A stretch of 64,000 nt of DNA, from positions 620,001 to 684,000 of the forward strand of contig LSRY02000012.1 in the NCBI GenBank assembly GCA_001643675.2, given 5' to 3'. The notes under the pieces were generated by a model. That model worked only from the letters and a program-made list of their open reading frames with translations. It was not told the DNA's origin and made no database searches. Positions 62,701 to 64,000 of this stretch are shown piece after piece. Source of the DNA: Monocercomonoides exilis PA203. Its lineage: Eukaryota > Protista > Preaxostyla. Position numbers and translations under genes: made by a program. Within the stretch, counting starts at the first letter, position 1, and each line of letters opens with the position of its first letter.

Positions 62701-64000
62701 TCATAATTGGGGTGGTCTGCTGTGACGGCTGCTTGTTTGAGTGAGTGGAGATGAAGGAGCTTGGTCGATTATGGAAGGAAGGGGTTGAGGAGGGGTTGAA
62801 CGGAGAAGTGGAAGAAGAGGAAGAAGAGGAAGAAGAAGAGGAGGAGGAGGAAGAAGAAGAAGGTGAAGAAGAAGAGGAAGAGGAAGATAATAACGATGAT
62901 GATGAAGCCAAAGAAGAAAGAGATTCATGATTGTAACAAGGGGATTTGCCAGACTCAGAAGGAACAAGACGAGTCGGAGCAGGGCCAACAGAGGTTGTGG
63001 GTGTGAGTGTGGTGACAGGAAACAAAGAGGCAGGAGAAGAACGAGAAGAATGAGAAGAAGGGGAAATGGAGTCTGGTGAATGCAAGGGGTGCTGAAGAGG
63101 AAGGGAAGGAGGCATGGAGGGAGGAAGAGAGGGAGGAAGAGGCAAAGGATATGATTGGGTGGATGGTTGTGCGATTGGAAGATTCAATAGATTGCTTGAA
63201 TTGATATTAGTATTGGAATTGGAATTAGAGGAAGAGGAAGAGGAAGAAGAAGAGGAAGAATAATCAAAGTTCCTTGATTGACTATCCATTTTGTTAGAAG
63301 GCATGAGAGGTGGATTCAGATGAAGTCTGTTCGAATAGCACGAAAATTCATTTTGCAAAGAAGAAGAAGAAGAAGACAATGACGATGAAACTTTCTGTTT
63401 CTTCTTGGCGTCAATCAGAATTAACCCTCTTTCATTCACTGGATCCACCACAACACGCAGATAGCAGTGCTCATCTGTATCTTCATCATCATCATCATTA
63501 TCACCAGTATTATTATTATTATTACTTTCTTCTTCTTCTTCCACATCCATTCCTCCATTCTTAATCTTATCATTAACATTGGCATTATCATTTGCATTTC
63601 CCTTTGTACTTTCCTTCCTTCTCTTCTTCTTTTCCTCCTCCTCCTCCTCTTTCTCTCTCTTCCTCCTCTTCCTCCTCTTCTTCCTATCCAAACACAAATG
63701 CACAAAGTACTTCCCCCTCCATCGCGTGCAATACTTGCTCTTCCCTTTCAGCCACTCCCAGTTAAACCAGTCGTTCTTCGGGTGTACATATAGAAACGGC
63801 AGCTTCGCCTCCACAAACTGGTGGATGAAATGCGACGCATCCGACGGCTCGATCACATACTGCGGATACAACCCAGTCTCCACCACTGCTGACGTATACT
63901 TGATGTCGTTCCACTTCACTGGAATACCAAGACTCGCTGATTTCGTGCCCCATCGGCCCAATCCAACTGCCACAAAGGGAATATGCTGGCTGTGCAATGT
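59708..64000 (-). CDS. 3' part of a large gene: C-terminus of a bacterial-type PEP/pyruvate-binding (PEP synthase-like) protein followed by a ~1200-aa Ser/Gln/acidic low-complexity tail; 5' end outside the window
   Basis: PFVAVGLGRWGTKSASLGIPVKWNDI...VVETG...IEPSDASHF...WEWL...YFVHL...LRVVVD...GLI; frame open for 4.3 kb. Confidence 0.75.
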   Translation of the reverse strand, partial: TLHSQHIPFVAVGLGRWGTKSASLGIPVKWNDIKYTSAVVETGLYPQYVIEPSDASHFIHQFVEAKLPFLYVHPKNDWFNWEWLKGKSKYCTRWRGKYFVHLCLDRKKRRKRRKREKEEEEEEKKKRRKESTKGNANDNANVNDKIKNGGMDVEEEEESNNNNNTGDNDDDDEDTDEHCYLRVVVDPVNERGLILIDAKKKQKVSSSLSSSSSSLQNEFSCYSNRLHLNPPLMPSNKMDSQSRNFDYSSSSSSSSSSSNSNSNTNINSSNLLNLPIAQPSTQSYPLPLPPSLPPSMPPSLPLQHPLHSPDSISPSSHSSRSSPASLFPVTTLTPTTSVGPAPTRLVPSESGKSPCYNHESLSSLASSSSLLSSSSSSSSPSSSSSSSSSSSSSSSSSTSPFNPSSTPSFHNRPSSFISTHSNKQPSQQTTPIMIIAPTNHSHLALSSDSSSNSAPTRIVSEDTGHSMECGHSISLCQASDDDHNTTSKTAAAISNRNTNTNTMKAYDASNADADATTAITSESSGSSFSSSVFPSSSSSSGSSSSSSSSSSSSSFSSSLYSSPHFGISPQTPPSFMSSSAPSVFIQPQQQQQYPPQQYQLHPQYQPQLQSQSQSQQQQQQLSLSTSAPHNLAGSDDFSSPSSVRSRCLSCQNKNAPSPSSYSSSGLSSSSSSLGSSSLSSVSSPQMAVNWPPDSPCAIEPSCITANIGSGISSSHPLSSFPSSSFNSRLLSSPEKVTKQLICPVKPFSSAYSLAMSAPSTPASFLFAGNSYSGGKRIQNGKVEVGRVQANLSQDRISSSFSSSPSSSSSSSSSSSSSSSSSFSSSQLPFNKQSNQNDQQSYINWSEESSSKADTGETEVSEDTQHMFDELFGRVGNKKFHFSPNREGYGGKGRGRWVREKEGKKMDGEEDDSDDEYKSSDRISRSCRTKGKLSDSRSRMEERMIMRPFAMQTSFGPPASTASTEAVTTNRKNSDITQQLILQPQQQEQQYQQYQQYQPQQPLNMTPSFLQPDYATEALNTHSSRHSRTPSSIPFGNSVVTIHSDECEGEEELDSSDMTDSSGSSDSSDNSDTSDSTISSVTSISSASSDQTELTGSESRDGCFGQRVDALQNRSASDSCRNNSDSSEGASDESNAMENGMENATDSNEMNEGEGEGEGEEGLGEESENDSRKGMFVGDVRKEGRGAMLLSSSSVVPNTLHSPFLATGASMEIDPDFKPSSSSSSSSSSSSTFPSSSSSTSSSSSSSTSSFYGSQIPSASSFLPVANAPPVVNEMPSANISLEPSYSSDHFEAPMKKSSQYSKYQNSRQESVLSQQSPSYQTAINVSPLHSYSTLLPSPPKESSSNPFDSFSLSSKQSPPSTTFSSSTFLPTPTSQGGFVQRTLNKSSPQKSSPSTFLPNAATFQQSPPVPSLNDFVEMSSLIADNSYYLE

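Overview
AT-rich eukaryotic genomic DNA with many short GT-AG spliceosomal introns and the standard genetic code (TAA, TAG and TGA all end genes). Gene content (hybrid cluster protein, GGA[I/V]-repeat surface proteins, kinase-SPRY fusion, a lineage-expanded 'LAYQSAW' helical family, poly-Ser insertions) points to an anaerobic metamonad, most likely an oxymonad close to Monocercomonoides; this is inference from recalled motifs, not from a search. I reconstruct about 18 genes: UTP12, NSE4-like, HPS1-like, truncated INTS9-like, an MFS sugar porter, a secreted lipid-transfer-barrel-like protein, two tandem PMP-like beta-helix surface proteins, PLAC8, CRNKL1/CLF1, a MORN-TKL kinase, a membrane-anchored cathepsin C pseudoenzyme, a kelch/Cys-rich/multi-TM protein interrupted by an in-frame TAG, LCAT/PLA2G15, HCP, a P/U-type cyclin, RPS20, a pseudokinase-SPRY, and the 3' end of a bacterial PEP-synthase-like protein with a huge disordered tail. 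There is also one pseudogene. Non-coding DNA holds three families of non-autonomous inverted-repeat elements: two palindromic Tc1-like MITEs whose arms covary, an 827-bp foldback with 21-bp subterminal arrays, and a hairpin at the window start. No rRNA, tRNA or CRISPR seen. Exon boundaries were read by eye and are approximate unless stated.
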